This document shows positions 51,052-61,440 of a stretch of 64,000 bases of DNA, one piece after another (the first letter of the stretch is position 1; each line of letters begins with the position of its first letter). The notes below the pieces were generated by a model. It saw only the letters and a program-made list of their open reading frames with translations. It searched no databases and had not been told where the DNA came from. Location of the stretch: NCBI GenBank assembly GCA_041665505.1, contig JBAYIR010000002.1, positions 75,602-139,601 on the forward strand. Reading direction: 5' to 3'. The DNA comes from Patescibacteria group bacterium. GTDB lineage: Bacteria; Patescibacteriota; Patescibacteriia; UBA1558; GWA2-36-10. Both the position numbers and the translations under genes were made by a program.

Positions 51052-51306
51052 ATTTTTATCTATTTTTATGCCTTTTAATACTAAATATTTTATCATAAAT
51101 TAGGCTAAAAGTAAAGACAAAAATAAGGGGTTTTTCACGATATTTATGGCCTTTTAAGCGCCAAAAACAGACTATGACTAGAGACTTGATTTTTTCTAAC
51201 ATTTATGTTAATGTAAGTCAGCTTATAAATAATAAATCATCTTCAAATATGACAAATTTGAAGGCTCAATCCCATCTTGGGAGGGGGATAATTAATAATA
51301 ATTAAT

Positions 51307-52545
51307 ATGTCAGAAGAAAAAACACTTAGCCAACATCCAATGGATATTCTGCTTGCAAATGAAAAAGCAGTTAATATTCCCAAGGAGGGCGATCTAGTGA
51401 CTGGTGCTATTATCAGTCTTTCAAAAAATGAGATTTATCTTGATATAGATGGTATCACCACTGGTATTATCCGTGGTAGAGAAATTTATGATGAATCAGA
51501 TGAAACTTCAAATCTAAAAATTGGTGATATTGTTACTGCTACCGTCATTGGTCTAGATAATGAAAACGGTTACATGGAGCTGTCACTACGTGAAGCTGGT
51601 CACAAAAAAGCTTGGGACAATTTAGAAACTCTTTATAAAGAAGGATCTATTGTGGATAGCAAGGTGATTGATGCTAATAAAGGTGGTCTCATGATCAAAA
51701 TTGGTAATGTCGTAGGTTTTCTACCTGTTTCTCAATTAACTATTGAGCACTATCCTCGTATTGAAGGTGGTGACAAAAACAAAATCCTTGGTCACTTAAA
51801 AAGTTTTGTAAACCAATACCTGAAAACTAAAGTCCTTGATCTCAACGAAAAAGAAGAAAAACTAATTGTTTCCGAAAAAGCTGCTTGGGATGATAAACAA
51901 AAAAAAGTTATTTCCAAATTTACAGTTGGTGATAAAATAGAAGGCAAAGTTACTGGCGTAGTAGATTTTGGAGCTTTTGTAGAATTTGGTGATGGCCTAG
52001 AAGGTCTGGTTCATATCTCAGAATTAGCTTGGCAGAGAATTGATAATCCTCGAGATATCATCAAAGTTGGTGATAATGTCAAAGCAGAAATTATTGATAT
52101 TGAAAACACCAAAATTTCCCTATCTATCAAAAAACTACAAAGAGATCCTTGGGTGGAAGTAGCTGCTAAATATCAAATCGGCCAAAAAGTAAAAGGTAAG
52201 GTCTTAAAAGTAAATCCCTTTGGTGCTTTCATTGAACTAGATGACGATATTCACGGCTTGGTCCATATATCCGAACTAAGTAATAAAAAAGTTTCCAATC
52301 CGGAAGATTTGGTAGCAGTTGGTAAAGATTATGAGTTTACTATTCTCACTATCGAACCAAAACACCATCGTCTAGGACTTTCTCTAAAAGGAATAGACAA
52401 AAAGCCAAAAACTCCTAGCGAAGTAAGCGAAAAAGACGAGACTAAAAAAGAAGATAAAGAGTTAGAGGCTAAGCCCGAAGAAAAAGTTGAAGAACTAAAA
52501 GATATACCATCTGAAGCTTTAGCCAAGGATGAAGACAAAAAATAA
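51307..52545 (+). CDS. rpsA: 30S ribosomal protein S1 (short form) with charged tail
   Basis: Repeated S1 domains: ANKGGL, DFGAFVE..EGLVHISEL and PFGAFIE..GLVHISEL. Confidence 0.92.
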   Translation: MSEEKTLSQHPMDILLANEKAVNIPKEGDLVTGAIISLSKNEIYLDIDGITTGIIRGREIYDESDETSNLKIGDIVTATVIGLDNENGYMELSLREAGHKKAWDNLETLYKEGSIVDSKVIDANKGGLMIKIGNVVGFLPVSQLTIEHYPRIEGGDKNKILGHLKSFVNQYLKTKVLDLNEKEEKLIVSEKAAWDDKQKKVISKFTVGDKIEGKVTGVVDFGAFVEFGDGLEGLVHISELAWQRIDNPRDIIKVGDNVKAEIIDIENTKISLSIKKLQRDPWVEVAAKYQIGQKVKGKVLKVNPFGAFIELDDDIHGLVHISELSNKKVSNPEDLVAVGKDYEFTILTIEPKHHRLGLSLKGIDKKPKTPSEVSEKDETKKEDKELEAKPEEKVEELKDIPSEALAKDEDKK

Positions 52546-52559
52546 ACCTATAAATTTTG

Positions 52560-52622
52560 CCCCGTTAGAAATATCCTCTGATATTTGATATACTACATAT
52601 TAATAACAGACTTCTAACGGGG
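52560..52622. repeat. MITE-like element with 11-bp terminal inverted repeats
   Basis: CCCCGTTAGAA (52560-70) and TTCTAACGGGG (52612-22) enclose TGaTATACT. Confidence 0.6.
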
Positions 52623-52641
52623 TTAAAAAATAATAAATTTT

Positions 52642-54447
52642 ATGAAAAATATTTTCAAAAATTTCCTAATATTCTTCTTGATATTTGCAGCTATCATGAC
52701 TATTTTTAGTCTATTCGACAAAAATAGCCAAAGTATTGAAAAAATATCAATAGCCAAATTAGTTCAAGAAATAAATAATGAGGAAGTACAAGACATTACT
52801 GTCAAAGGTAGTGAACTTGATATATTGCTAAAAAACGAGAGCAAACAGTCTAGTAGGAAAGAAACAACCGAGTCTTTAAGTGAAGTACTTAAAAACTACG
52901 ATGTCTCAACTGAAAAAATCGCTAGCGTAAATATCAGCATTGGTGAAGAAGCAAATTCTGGATTCTTACTAACTGTCATTTTACCATTTGTCATTCCTGC
53001 TCTATTTATTATCGGCCTAATTTGGTTTATGATGCGCCAAGTCCAAGGGGTCAATAGTAAGGCTATGACCTTTGGTCAATCTGGTGCTAAAATTGACAAC
53101 CAAAAACAAAAAGTTAGTTTTAAAGATGTAGCTGGGGCTAAAGAAGCTAAAGAAGATTTAGAAGAAATAGTAGAATTTCTTAAACACCCTCAAAAATTTA
53201 TTGCCATGGGAGCTAAAATCCCCAAAGGAGTATTGCTCTTGGGCTCTCCTGGTACTGGTAAAACACTTTTAGCCAGAGCCACTTCTGGTGAAGCCAATGT
53301 CCCATTTTTCCATATCTCTGGTTCTGAGTTTGTGGAGATGTTTGTCGGTGTTGGTGCTTCCAGAGTCAGAGACTTATTTAAAAAAGCCAAAAAAGCCTCT
53401 CCTTGTATTGTCTTTATAGATGAAATAGATGCCGTCGGACGTCAACGTGGTGCGGGCTTGGGTGGTAGTCATGACGAAAGAGAACAAACCCTCAACCAAA
53501 TTTTGGTAGAGATGGATGGTTTTGATAATCAAACAAATATTATTGTCTTAGCCGCTACCAATCGACCTGATGTCTTAGATCCAGCTCTACTTCGCCCTGG
53601 TCGTTTTGATAGACAGGTAGTAATTGATTTGCCAGACATCAAAGACCGAGAGGCTATTTTGGAAATTCATGCCCACAAAAAACCATTAGCTAAAGATGTT
53701 GATTTAAAAATGGTCGCTCAACGCACCCCAGGATTTTCTGGAGCTGATTTGGCCAATCTACTAAACGAAGCAGCTATTGTGGCCGCTCGAGCTGACAAAA
53801 AAACTATTGACGGTCAGACAGTACTTGATTCAATTGAAAGAGTATTACTAGGTCGTGAGAGAAAAAGCCATATTTTATCTACCAAAGAAAAAAAGATAAC
53901 AGCTTATCACGAAGCTGGACATGCTTTGATAGCTCATATCTTACCTAACGCTGATCCCGTACATAAGGTTTCTATTATTTCTCGTGGTCGAGCCGCTGGC
54001 TATACCATCAATCTTCCTAAAGAAGACAAGAAGATGCTATCTTATTCTGATTTTATAGATGATATGGCCGTACTCTTAGGTGGTTTTGCGGCTGAAAAGA
54101 TATTTTTTGGTGAAGTAACCACTGGAGCCTCAAACGATTTACAGAAAGTGACTGCGATGGCCAGAAAAATTGTTACCCAGTTTGGTATGGATGAAAAACT
54201 TGGCCCTCGCACCTTTGGTCAAAAAGATGAAATGATTTTCTTGGGAAAAGAAATTCATGAACGCCGAGACTATAGTGAAAAAACTGCCGAGACTATTGAT
54301 ACTGAAATATCCAACTACATAAATAATGCTCTAAAAACTGCCGAAAAAACTATCAATGATAATAAAGATAAAATAGAAAAAATAGTAGCCGTTTTAGTAG
54401 ATAAAGAAACTATAGAAAAAGCTGAGTTTGAAAATTTATTAGCCTAA
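52642..54447 (+). CDS. ftsH: ATP-dependent zinc metalloprotease FtsH
   Basis: 2 TM; [20 protein letters not shown] and HEAGH motifs. Confidence 0.99.
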   Translation: MKNIFKNFLIFFLIFAAIMTIFSLFDKNSQSIEKISIAKLVQEINNEEVQDITVKGSELDILLKNESKQSSRKETTESLSEVLKNYDVSTEKIASVNISIGEEANSGFLLTVILPFVIPALFIIGLIWFMMRQVQGVNSKAMTFGQSGAKIDNQKQKVSFKDVAGAKEAKEDLEEIVEFLKHPQKFIAMGAKIPKGVLLLGSPGTGKTLLARATSGEANVPFFHISGSEFVEMFVGVGASRVRDLFKKAKKASPCIVFIDEIDAVGRQRGAGLGGSHDEREQTLNQILVEMDGFDNQTNIIVLAATNRPDVLDPALLRPGRFDRQVVIDLPDIKDREAILEIHAHKKPLAKDVDLKMVAQRTPGFSGADLANLLNEAAIVAARADKKTIDGQTVLDSIERVLLGRERKSHILSTKEKKITAYHEAGHALIAHILPNADPVHKVSIISRGRAAGYTINLPKEDKKMLSYSDFIDDMAVLLGGFAAEKIFFGEVTTGASNDLQKVTAMARKIVTQFGMDEKLGPRTFGQKDEMIFLGKEIHERRDYSEKTAETIDTEISNYINNALKTAEKTINDNKDKIEKIVAVLVDKETIEKAEFENLLA

Positions 54448-54449
54448 TT

Positions 54450-54476
54450 AAAACCCGGCACTGGCCGGGTTTTTTA
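54450..54476 (+). terminator. ftsH terminator
   Basis: AAAACCCGGC-actg-GCCGGGTTTTTT. Confidence 0.85.
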
Positions 54477-54536
54477 TTTAAACAAAAACATATTTTACTA
54501 CTAGATTTATTTATAAATATTAGCTAAACTATTTAT

Positions 54537-55241
54537 ATGAAAATAGAACTTCATCCTAGCTCTGAGAGAGGGGCAAATAAGCTAAGCTGGTTGGACAGTA
54601 AGTTCAGTTTTAGTTTTGCCAATTATTATAACCCAGCTAGAATGGGTTTTGGTGCCCTACGGGTATTAAATGATGATATTATTGCCCCTAATCAAGGTTT
54701 TGATTTACACCCACATGATAATATGGAAATTATCACTATAGTAATAGAAGGCCAATTGGAACACAAAGACTCTATGGGTGGACATGGTATTATCAATAAT
54801 AATGAAATACAAGTAATGTCTGCTGGAACTGGCATAATGCATTCTGAATATAATGCTTCTACTACTAGCCCCTTAAAGCTTTTCCAAATTTGGATTGAAA
54901 GTAAAGAGCATGATATCAAACCACGTTATGAACAAAAAAACTTATTAGAAAAAATACCAGTAAATAAAATCATTAGCTTGGTATCTGGAGATAAAGATTC
55001 TGAAACTCTATATATACATCAAGACGCTAAAATATCTATGGGTTATTTTGATACTAAACAGGAAGTTGAATACTCACTAGCTAATAAACATGGATTATTT
55101 ATTATGAACATAGCTGGCCAAATATCATTAGGCAAACATAAGCTAAATAAACGTGATGCTATAGCTATTAGTCAAACTAATCAAGTAAAAATAAACGTCC
55201 AGGAGCCTTCAAAAATTTTACTCATAGAAATTCCTATTTAA
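54537..55241 (+). CDS. pirin family protein
   Basis: FGALRVLNDD, HPHDNMEI, HKDSMG and SAGTGIMHSE motifs. Confidence 0.95.
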   Translation: MKIELHPSSERGANKLSWLDSKFSFSFANYYNPARMGFGALRVLNDDIIAPNQGFDLHPHDNMEIITIVIEGQLEHKDSMGGHGIINNNEIQVMSAGTGIMHSEYNASTTSPLKLFQIWIESKEHDIKPRYEQKNLLEKIPVNKIISLVSGDKDSETLYIHQDAKISMGYFDTKQEVEYSLANKHGLFIMNIAGQISLGKHKLNKRDAIAISQTNQVKINVQEPSKILLIEIPI

Positions 55242-55265
55242 AAAAATAAGTATTATAAAAATAAG

Positions 55266-55922
55266 ATGAAAGAGATAATCCGACAACTAGAAATAGCTGT
55301 AGCTGAAATGTTTAATGCCCAAAGTTGTGGGCATGACCTCAAGCATCTAAAAAGGGTTCTGAATTTGGCTTTGACTATTCAAAAAAAAGAAGGTGGTGAT
55401 AAGATAATTATTGGAGTAGCGGCTTTTTTACATGATATACATAGAGTAATGCAAAAAGATCATGGTCGCTATATATCTCCCCTAGACTCTCTACCTAAAA
55501 TTAAAGAGCTTTTAGCACCATTAAAATTATCTGAGGGGCAAAAAGAAAAAATATTACACTGCATTGAATTTCATGAAGAATATAATTTTGCAAAAAGTGG
55601 AAAAACTGTCCATGACCTAGAAACATTAATAGTCCAAGATGCTGATAACTTAGATGCGATAGGCGCAATTGGAATAGCTCGTTGTTTTGCTTATGGAGGA
55701 GCTCATCAAATAGCTATGTGGCTGCCTGAAATAAGTCTCAAACAAAAATCTTATAGTGCTGAAAAACATGATCCTTCTAGCATCCACCATTTTTATAACA
55801 AATTACTAAAATTGCAGGATGATATGAATACAGCCACCGCCAAAAAAATGGCGGCCAGTAGGCATAAATATATGAAAAAATTCCTTCAAGAATTTTTTGC
55901 TGAATGGCAAGGTGAAAAATAA
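55266..55922 (+). CDS. HD domain phosphohydrolase (YedJ-like)
   Basis: GHDLKH, LHDI, QDADNLDAIGAIGIAR and HFYNKLL motifs. Confidence 0.9.
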   Translation: MKEIIRQLEIAVAEMFNAQSCGHDLKHLKRVLNLALTIQKKEGGDKIIIGVAAFLHDIHRVMQKDHGRYISPLDSLPKIKELLAPLKLSEGQKEKILHCIEFHEEYNFAKSGKTVHDLETLIVQDADNLDAIGAIGIARCFAYGGAHQIAMWLPEISLKQKSYSAEKHDPSSIHHFYNKLLKLQDDMNTATAKKMAASRHKYMKKFLQEFFAEWQGEK

Positions 55923-56045
55923 ATTATCAGCTAGCCTTAGCTGACTATAAACACTTTTGTTTTTTTATCAGTTTTATTGTATAATATAGATAGCTAAAAA
56001 AATAAAAAGCTTCCGTCTATCAAACGGAATAAATAAAATAAAAAT

Positions 56046-57005
56046 ATGTTTTACAGAAAAGTTTATCCTAAAGCTTGGCAATTAGTTAAAAGCAACCCAA
56101 TTATTTGGTTCTTTGGATTATTTGCCTCATTATTAGGCTTCTATGAAATACAAATCATCTTTAATCTCTCTGATAGTTTCCCAGATTTTATCAGCTCCAA
56201 CATTAAATCTTGGATGGACATCTTTGTTACTTTTTCTACCATTACTATTAGTTGGGCTAATTTACCAGACGTCTTAGCACTACTGGGCTTATTTATTTTA
56301 TTCTCTGCCGTTACTATCTTAGCTGTATCCTCACAAGCCTCTTTGACTTATTCTGCCGGTCTGCAAGGTAAAAAATATATCAAGGAAACCCTAGGTGAGC
56401 AATTAAAAAATGGTGTTGATAAATTTTGGCCAGTTTTTGGTCTTAATATTATCAATTCACTTATCGGATACTTCTTTGTATCTTTAGTTCTAACACCAAT
56501 TATATATTTCTTATCCAATACTAATAACTGGCCGATTTATATTATACTAGGTCTATTCACCTTCTTTATACTTATTCCTTTAGTGATTACTATCTCCTTT
56601 GTCACTAGATACGGCATAGCTTATATTATGCTAAAAAATCAAAAATTTACTGATGCTTTTGTAAATAGTTGGCTTTTATTTAAAGTTAATTGGATTATTA
56701 CTATAGAGAATGCTTTCTTATTACTAGGTTTAACCATTCTGGCTCTCGTAGCTATTATTAGCTCCATGGTTTTTGTCTTTGTACCTTTCCTAATTATGGC
56801 CAGCCTTATACCCTTTTTAACCTTAATGATTGTGATTATTGGACTATTTCTAGTGGCTGTAGTATTAATACTAGGTAGTTCTATATATAGTGCTTTTTAT
56901 AATGTAGTTTGGGCTAGTATTTTCTTAGAATTAATAGCCCCTGGTAAAAGCCATAGTAAAATACACCGTATAGCTCATAAACATTTACCTATATTGACCA
57001 GATAA
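56046..57005 (+). CDS. multi-TM hypothetical membrane protein
   Basis: 319-aa hydrophobic ORF with its own promoter-like region and terminator. Confidence 0.65.
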   Translation: MFYRKVYPKAWQLVKSNPIIWFFGLFASLLGFYEIQIIFNLSDSFPDFISSNIKSWMDIFVTFSTITISWANLPDVLALLGLFILFSAVTILAVSSQASLTYSAGLQGKKYIKETLGEQLKNGVDKFWPVFGLNIINSLIGYFFVSLVLTPIIYFLSNTNNWPIYIILGLFTFFILIPLVITISFVTRYGIAYIMLKNQKFTDAFVNSWLLFKVNWIITIENAFLLLGLTILALVAIISSMVFVFVPFLIMASLIPFLTLMIVIIGLFLVAVVLILGSSIYSAFYNVVWASIFLELIAPGKSHSKIHRIAHKHLPILTR

Positions 57006-57142
57006 AAAAATTTAATACATAAAAAATCATCCAGTTGCTGTGAGCAGCTAGATGATTTTTTATTTTCCGACAGTTGGCAGATACAAAATTGACTTAGAGA
57101 GTATCAATAAAGTATAATTATCATAGTTATTAAAAGAAAAAT

Positions 57143-58858
57143 ATGGCTGATTCATCAAGTGACGATAAAAATAAAAAACTGAGTGACAAGCTATCTGAAA
57201 TAGAGCTCAAAGAAAAAGAAAAACGGGTGCAAACACAAGCCGACGCCATGGGTATTTCTTATATAAATTTAGAAAAGTTCCCACTCTCCCAAGAAGCCCT
57301 AAAAATTATCGAGCCTGAACAAGCCGAAGCCTTGCAGACTGTCTGTTTTTTGTATACTGGAGAAGAAATGCGCCTTGGTTCTCTTAATCCTAGTAATCCT
57401 CAAGTAACTAATTTAGCTAAAGAACTGTCCGAAAAATATCATACTAGGATAAAAATCTACCTACTTTCTGAAGCTAGTTTTAATTTTGCTTTTGCTGTCT
57501 ACAAAAAAATTCCAAAAATTATCCAAATAGAAGGTGTAGCTATTTCGGCTGAGGATATAGATAAATTTGATAAAAAACTGACTACTATTAAAGATCTTAA
57601 TCAGCTAATCCAAGCAACCGATCTAACTGAAACAATTAATATAGTTATAGCTGCTAGTCTCAAATTTGGTGCTTCTGATATTCATATTGAAACGGAAGAA
57701 GCAGTTATTAATGTGCGTATCCGTATAGACGGTATCCTACACGAAGTGGCCACTCTAAAAAAAGACGCTTGGCCAAAATTAAGCTCCCGTTTAAAATTAT
57801 TAGCTGGCCTCAAATTAAATATAGGTAATAAACCTCAAGATGGTAGATTTACTATCCACCTGACCAAAGACCAAATAGAGGTCAGAGTCTCCTCTATTCC
57901 TTCTGCCTATGGCGAAAGTATCGTTATGAGGTTACTTAAAGCATCAGCTGTTGGTTTAGAATTTGAACAACTTGGTTTTAGAGGAAAATCATTTAATATT
58001 TTAAATGAAGAGATGAAAAAACCAAATGGTATGATTATCACTACTGGTCCAACTGGTTCTGGTAAAACTACTACTCTCTACGCCATATTAAACAAACTCA
58101 ACAAACCTGATACTAAAATTATTACCCTAGAAGATCCAATTGAATATAAATTACTTGGTATAGTACAAAGCCAAATAGACAACACTGATGCTAGTGATCA
58201 AGAAGATGTCCAAACTGGAGAAATAAAAAAGAAATCCACCTATACTTTTGCCAGAGGACTAAGAGCTATACTTCGTCAGGATCCAGACATAGTAATGGTT
58301 GGTGAAATCCGTGATTTAGAAACAGCTGAAACTGCGGTTAATGCTGCTTTGACTGGCCACTTGATGCTCTCTACTATTCATACCAACTCAGCTGCTGGTA
58401 CTATCCCTAGACTTTTATCTATGGGCGTCCAAGCTTTTTTATTAGCTCCATCTCTCAATGCTATTATTGGGCAAAGATTAACTAGAAAATTATGTCAAAA
58501 TTGTAAAACAGAAGATACTAGCCTAGATAATGCTACCATGACTGTAATTTTAAATACCTTAAATGAAATTAGTCCTCAGTCTGGCTATAAACCAGATCTA
58601 AATAATTTAAAATTTTACACTGCTAAAGGCTGCGATAAATGCCAAGGTATAGGCTATAAAGGACGAATTGGTATTTATGAAGTAATGTTAATGAGTCCAG
58701 AAATAGAAAAAATTATACTGTCTGACAAAGCCTCTGAATACGAAATAGAAAAAATAGCAGTTAAAGATGGTATGATAACTATGTTCCAAGATGGACTACT
58801 GAAAGCTCTAGATGGCCTCACTTCTATAGAAGAAATTTTTGATCACGTCAAAGATTAA
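57143..58858 (+). CDS. pilB: type IV pilus assembly ATPase PilB/GspE family
   Basis: ASDIHIE, PQDGRF, TGPTGSGKTTTLY, LRQDPD..GEIRD and Zn-binding CxxC pairs. Confidence 0.88.
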   Translation: MADSSSDDKNKKLSDKLSEIELKEKEKRVQTQADAMGISYINLEKFPLSQEALKIIEPEQAEALQTVCFLYTGEEMRLGSLNPSNPQVTNLAKELSEKYHTRIKIYLLSEASFNFAFAVYKKIPKIIQIEGVAISAEDIDKFDKKLTTIKDLNQLIQATDLTETINIVIAASLKFGASDIHIETEEAVINVRIRIDGILHEVATLKKDAWPKLSSRLKLLAGLKLNIGNKPQDGRFTIHLTKDQIEVRVSSIPSAYGESIVMRLLKASAVGLEFEQLGFRGKSFNILNEEMKKPNGMIITTGPTGSGKTTTLYAILNKLNKPDTKIITLEDPIEYKLLGIVQSQIDNTDASDQEDVQTGEIKKKSTYTFARGLRAILRQDPDIVMVGEIRDLETAETAVNAALTGHLMLSTIHTNSAAGTIPRLLSMGVQAFLLAPSLNAIIGQRLTRKLCQNCKTEDTSLDNATMTVILNTLNEISPQSGYKPDLNNLKFYTAKGCDKCQGIGYKGRIGIYEVMLMSPEIEKIILSDKASEYEIEKIAVKDGMITMFQDGLLKALDGLTSIEEIFDHVKD

Positions 58859-58866
58859 ATTATATA

Positions 58867-58894
58867 AAAACCACGGGTCTACGCCCGTGGTTTT
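58867..58894. terminator. hairpin after pilB (terminator; resembles IS200/IS605-type end palindromes)
   Basis: AAAACCACGGG-tctacg-CCCGTGGTTTT. Confidence 0.6.
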
Positions 58895-58919
58895 GCCTAA
58901 GGTATTGAAGATATATAAA

Positions 58920-58955
58920 AATCCATCCAGCTCTTCGCGAAGAGCTGGATGGATT
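58920..58955. terminator. palindrome with CTTCGCGAAG core (tsaE terminator)
   Basis: AATCCATCCAGCTCTTC-gc-GAAGAGCTGGATGGATT; related to 36596-36637. Confidence 0.75.
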
Positions 58956-58972
58956 AAATTTATTAATTATAA

Positions 58973-59449
58973 TTAAGCTATACTTATTTTTCTTTTATCC
59001 TCCCCCAACAACTCCATATGAATTTTAATAGCCGTAGCTGGTAAATTAACTAGCTTATCAGCCCATTCTATAGCTACTATTATATTATTGTAATTCAAAT
59101 AATCGCCTAGTCCGATTTCAAACAAATCTTCTTGCCCTGACAAGCGATAGCAATCAATATGTACAAATTTATCTACTTTTCCCCCGTCTAGCTTACTAAA
59201 TTTCCCCTCGGCCTTAGTTTTTTGACGGGATTTAAGAGGAGAAATATCATAAACTTTCATTAGTACAAAAGTAGGGCTAGTAATATTTTCTTTAACCCCC
59301 AAAGCTTTAGCTAAAGCTTTGACAAAAACTGTTTTACCAGCCCCTAGATTACCACTTAAAGCTAAAAACTCTCCACCTTTCAATTCTTTGGCCAGCTCAG
59401 TAGCTATTTTTTCTGTAGCTGCTTGATTGTTAGCTTGATATTCTCTCAT
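58973..59449 (-). CDS. tsaE: tRNA t6A37 biosynthesis ATPase TsaE
   Basis: LSGNLGAGKT, ITSPTF, HIDCYRL and IEWAD motifs; start at MREY. Confidence 0.95.
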   Translation of the reverse strand: MREYQANNQAATEKIATELAKELKGGEFLALSGNLGAGKTVFVKALAKALGVKENITSPTFVLMKVYDISPLKSRQKTKAEGKFSKLDGGKVDKFVHIDCYRLSGQEDLFEIGLGDYLNYNNIIVAIEWADKLVNLPATAIKIHMELLGEDKRKISIA

Positions 59450-59507
59450 TTTATTATTATACAATAGCTATTAAAATATCTCAAAAAAAACCAATTTCTA
59501 AGTTAAA

Positions 59508-60569
59508 TTATATTTTGGATTTATTTTGACCCAATCTCCAATTAGCCTGAGGCTCTAAATCAAAAATATTTTTGTCTTTTAAGATATAATTATTATTTTT
59601 AAACCTTACATTATAATAAGCAGCCACGGCTATCATAGCCGCATTGTCTCCGGTGTATTTTAAATCTGGATAAAAAAATGGCAAGCCAATTTCTCGACTC
59701 TGCTTTAACAAAGTATTTTTAAGAACCTGATTAGCTGCTACGCCACCAGCCAACATAATAGATTTTACCTTATATACTTTAGCCGCTTTGATGGTTTTTT
59801 TTACTAAAACTTCTATCAGCGCTGCTTGAAATGAGGCACAAATATCTTTGATATCTTTTTTACTTATTTTTTTCTTTTTTTCTAAAGTATAAAGCACAGC
59901 TGTTTTAAGACCAGAAAAAGAAAAATCATAATTCTCTTTATCTATCATTGGTCGAGGGAAATTATAAGCTTGAGTATTACCCTCTGTAGCTAAAGAGCTC
60001 ACTATTGGTCCGCCTGGATAGCCAAGATGCAAAAGTTTAGCTACTTTATCATAAGCTTCGCCAGCAGCATCATCTAAAGTTTGCCCTAATATTTGATACT
60101 GACCATGACTGGTCATTAATATCAATTCGCTATGTCCACCAGAAACCAGCAATATCAAAGCTGGTAAATATTTCTGACTATTTCTAGCCAAGCTACTATT
60201 ACTCAGCCAATTAGAATAAATATGCCCTTCCAGATGATTGACAGACACTAGTGGCAAATGATTGGCAAAAGCCAAGGCTTTAGCTGTGGCCATACCTAGA
60301 ATGAGAGAAGTAACTAGTCCTGGCCCACTAGTAACCGCTACATAATCTATGTTTTTTAATTTACTTTTACCTAAAGTATTATCTATTAAGGGTATAATAG
60401 TCTCGGTGTGTTTGCGAGCGGCTACTTCTGGTATGACCCCACCATATTTTTTATGAATATCAATTTGAGAATAGATGGCATTTTTCTTTAACTGCAAAAT
60501 CTGCCCATGGCCCTCTAAAAGAGCAATAGCTGTTTCGTCACAAGATGATTCTATGGCTAATATTTTCAT
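59508..60569 (-). CDS. tsaD: tRNA N6-adenosine threonylcarbamoyltransferase TsaD
   Basis: IESSCDET, GGVIPEVAARKH, NHLEGH, TLDDAAGEAYDK and DNAAMIA motifs. Confidence 0.98.
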   Translation of the reverse strand: MKILAIESSCDETAIALLEGHGQILQLKKNAIYSQIDIHKKYGGVIPEVAARKHTETIIPLIDNTLGKSKLKNIDYVAVTSGPGLVTSLILGMATAKALAFANHLPLVSVNHLEGHIYSNWLSNSSLARNSQKYLPALILLVSGGHSELILMTSHGQYQILGQTLDDAAGEAYDKVAKLLHLGYPGGPIVSSLATEGNTQAYNFPRPMIDKENYDFSFSGLKTAVLYTLEKKKKISKKDIKDICASFQAALIEVLVKKTIKAAKVYKVKSIMLAGGVAANQVLKNTLLKQSREIGLPFFYPDLKYTGDNAAMIAVAAYYNVRFKNNNYILKDKNIFDLEPQANWRLGQNKSKI

Positions 60570-60705
60570 ACCAGTATTATAGCAAATTTATTCCCTACTA
60601 TTAAGCCTCTGGAATTTAATAATTCTATGGTTATAATAAACTATTGTCAACTATCTCTAGCTAAAACTTTTATTTTATAGTAAGCTCTAAATATAAGCTA
60701 AATAT

Positions 60706-61350
60706 ATGCCTAAAAAAAAATTAGAACGTTTTACTGAACTGGCTAAACTAAAAAATGTAGCCCAAATAAATCAAGTTGACCTCAAAGAAAAATTAAATAA
60801 ATTTTTACTAGGTGAACAAAATATAGTTTTAGAATTGGCCTGTGGCAAGGGAGATTATTCTTTAGCTTTGGCTCAAAAATTTCCCCACCATAAAATAATT
60901 GGTATAGATATCCAAGGAGAAAGACTGTGGTCTGGAGCTACTAAAGCCCAAGAAAAAAAATTAGATAATATATTTTGGTTAAGAATACAAATAGAAAATC
61001 TACTGGAATATTTTACCAAACAATCTATTGCTGAAATTTGGATTACTTTCCCCGATCCATTTCCAAAAGATAAACAAATTAAGAAAAGATTGACTTCCCC
61101 TAGATTTTTAGAAATCTACAAAAAAATTTTAATACCCAATGCTTTGATCCATCTTAAAACCGATGATCTTAATTTGTTTGACTATTCTATTGAGACAATA
61201 AAAAACCAGGCTGGAGAGATACTAGAAGAAATAAAAGATATATATAACCAAGGAGACATTCCCGACTTACTTAAAATAAAGACTGATTTTGAGAAAAAAC
61301 ACTTACAAGCTGGCAAAAGCATACATTATTTAAAATTTAAACTATCATAA
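60706..61350 (+). CDS. trmB: tRNA (guanine-N7)-methyltransferase
   Basis: LELACGKG, FPDPFPK..KRLTS, HLKTD and KTDFEKK motifs. Confidence 0.92.
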   Translation: MPKKKLERFTELAKLKNVAQINQVDLKEKLNKFLLGEQNIVLELACGKGDYSLALAQKFPHHKIIGIDIQGERLWSGATKAQEKKLDNIFWLRIQIENLLEYFTKQSIAEIWITFPDPFPKDKQIKKRLTSPRFLEIYKKILIPNALIHLKTDDLNLFDYSIETIKNQAGEILEEIKDIYNQGDIPDLLKIKTDFEKKHLQAGKSIHYLKFKLS

Positions 61351-61440
61351 TTAATATAAAAAACTTAGCTACAACTTGGATTGACAGTTTATATAGAATA
61401 TGTTATAATTCTATATTAACCAAAAATATTAGTTAAATTT

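Noticed and set aside
58867-58894. IS200/IS605 element
   Set aside because: Only a single end-like hairpin; no tnpA or tnpB nearby; the position fits a terminator
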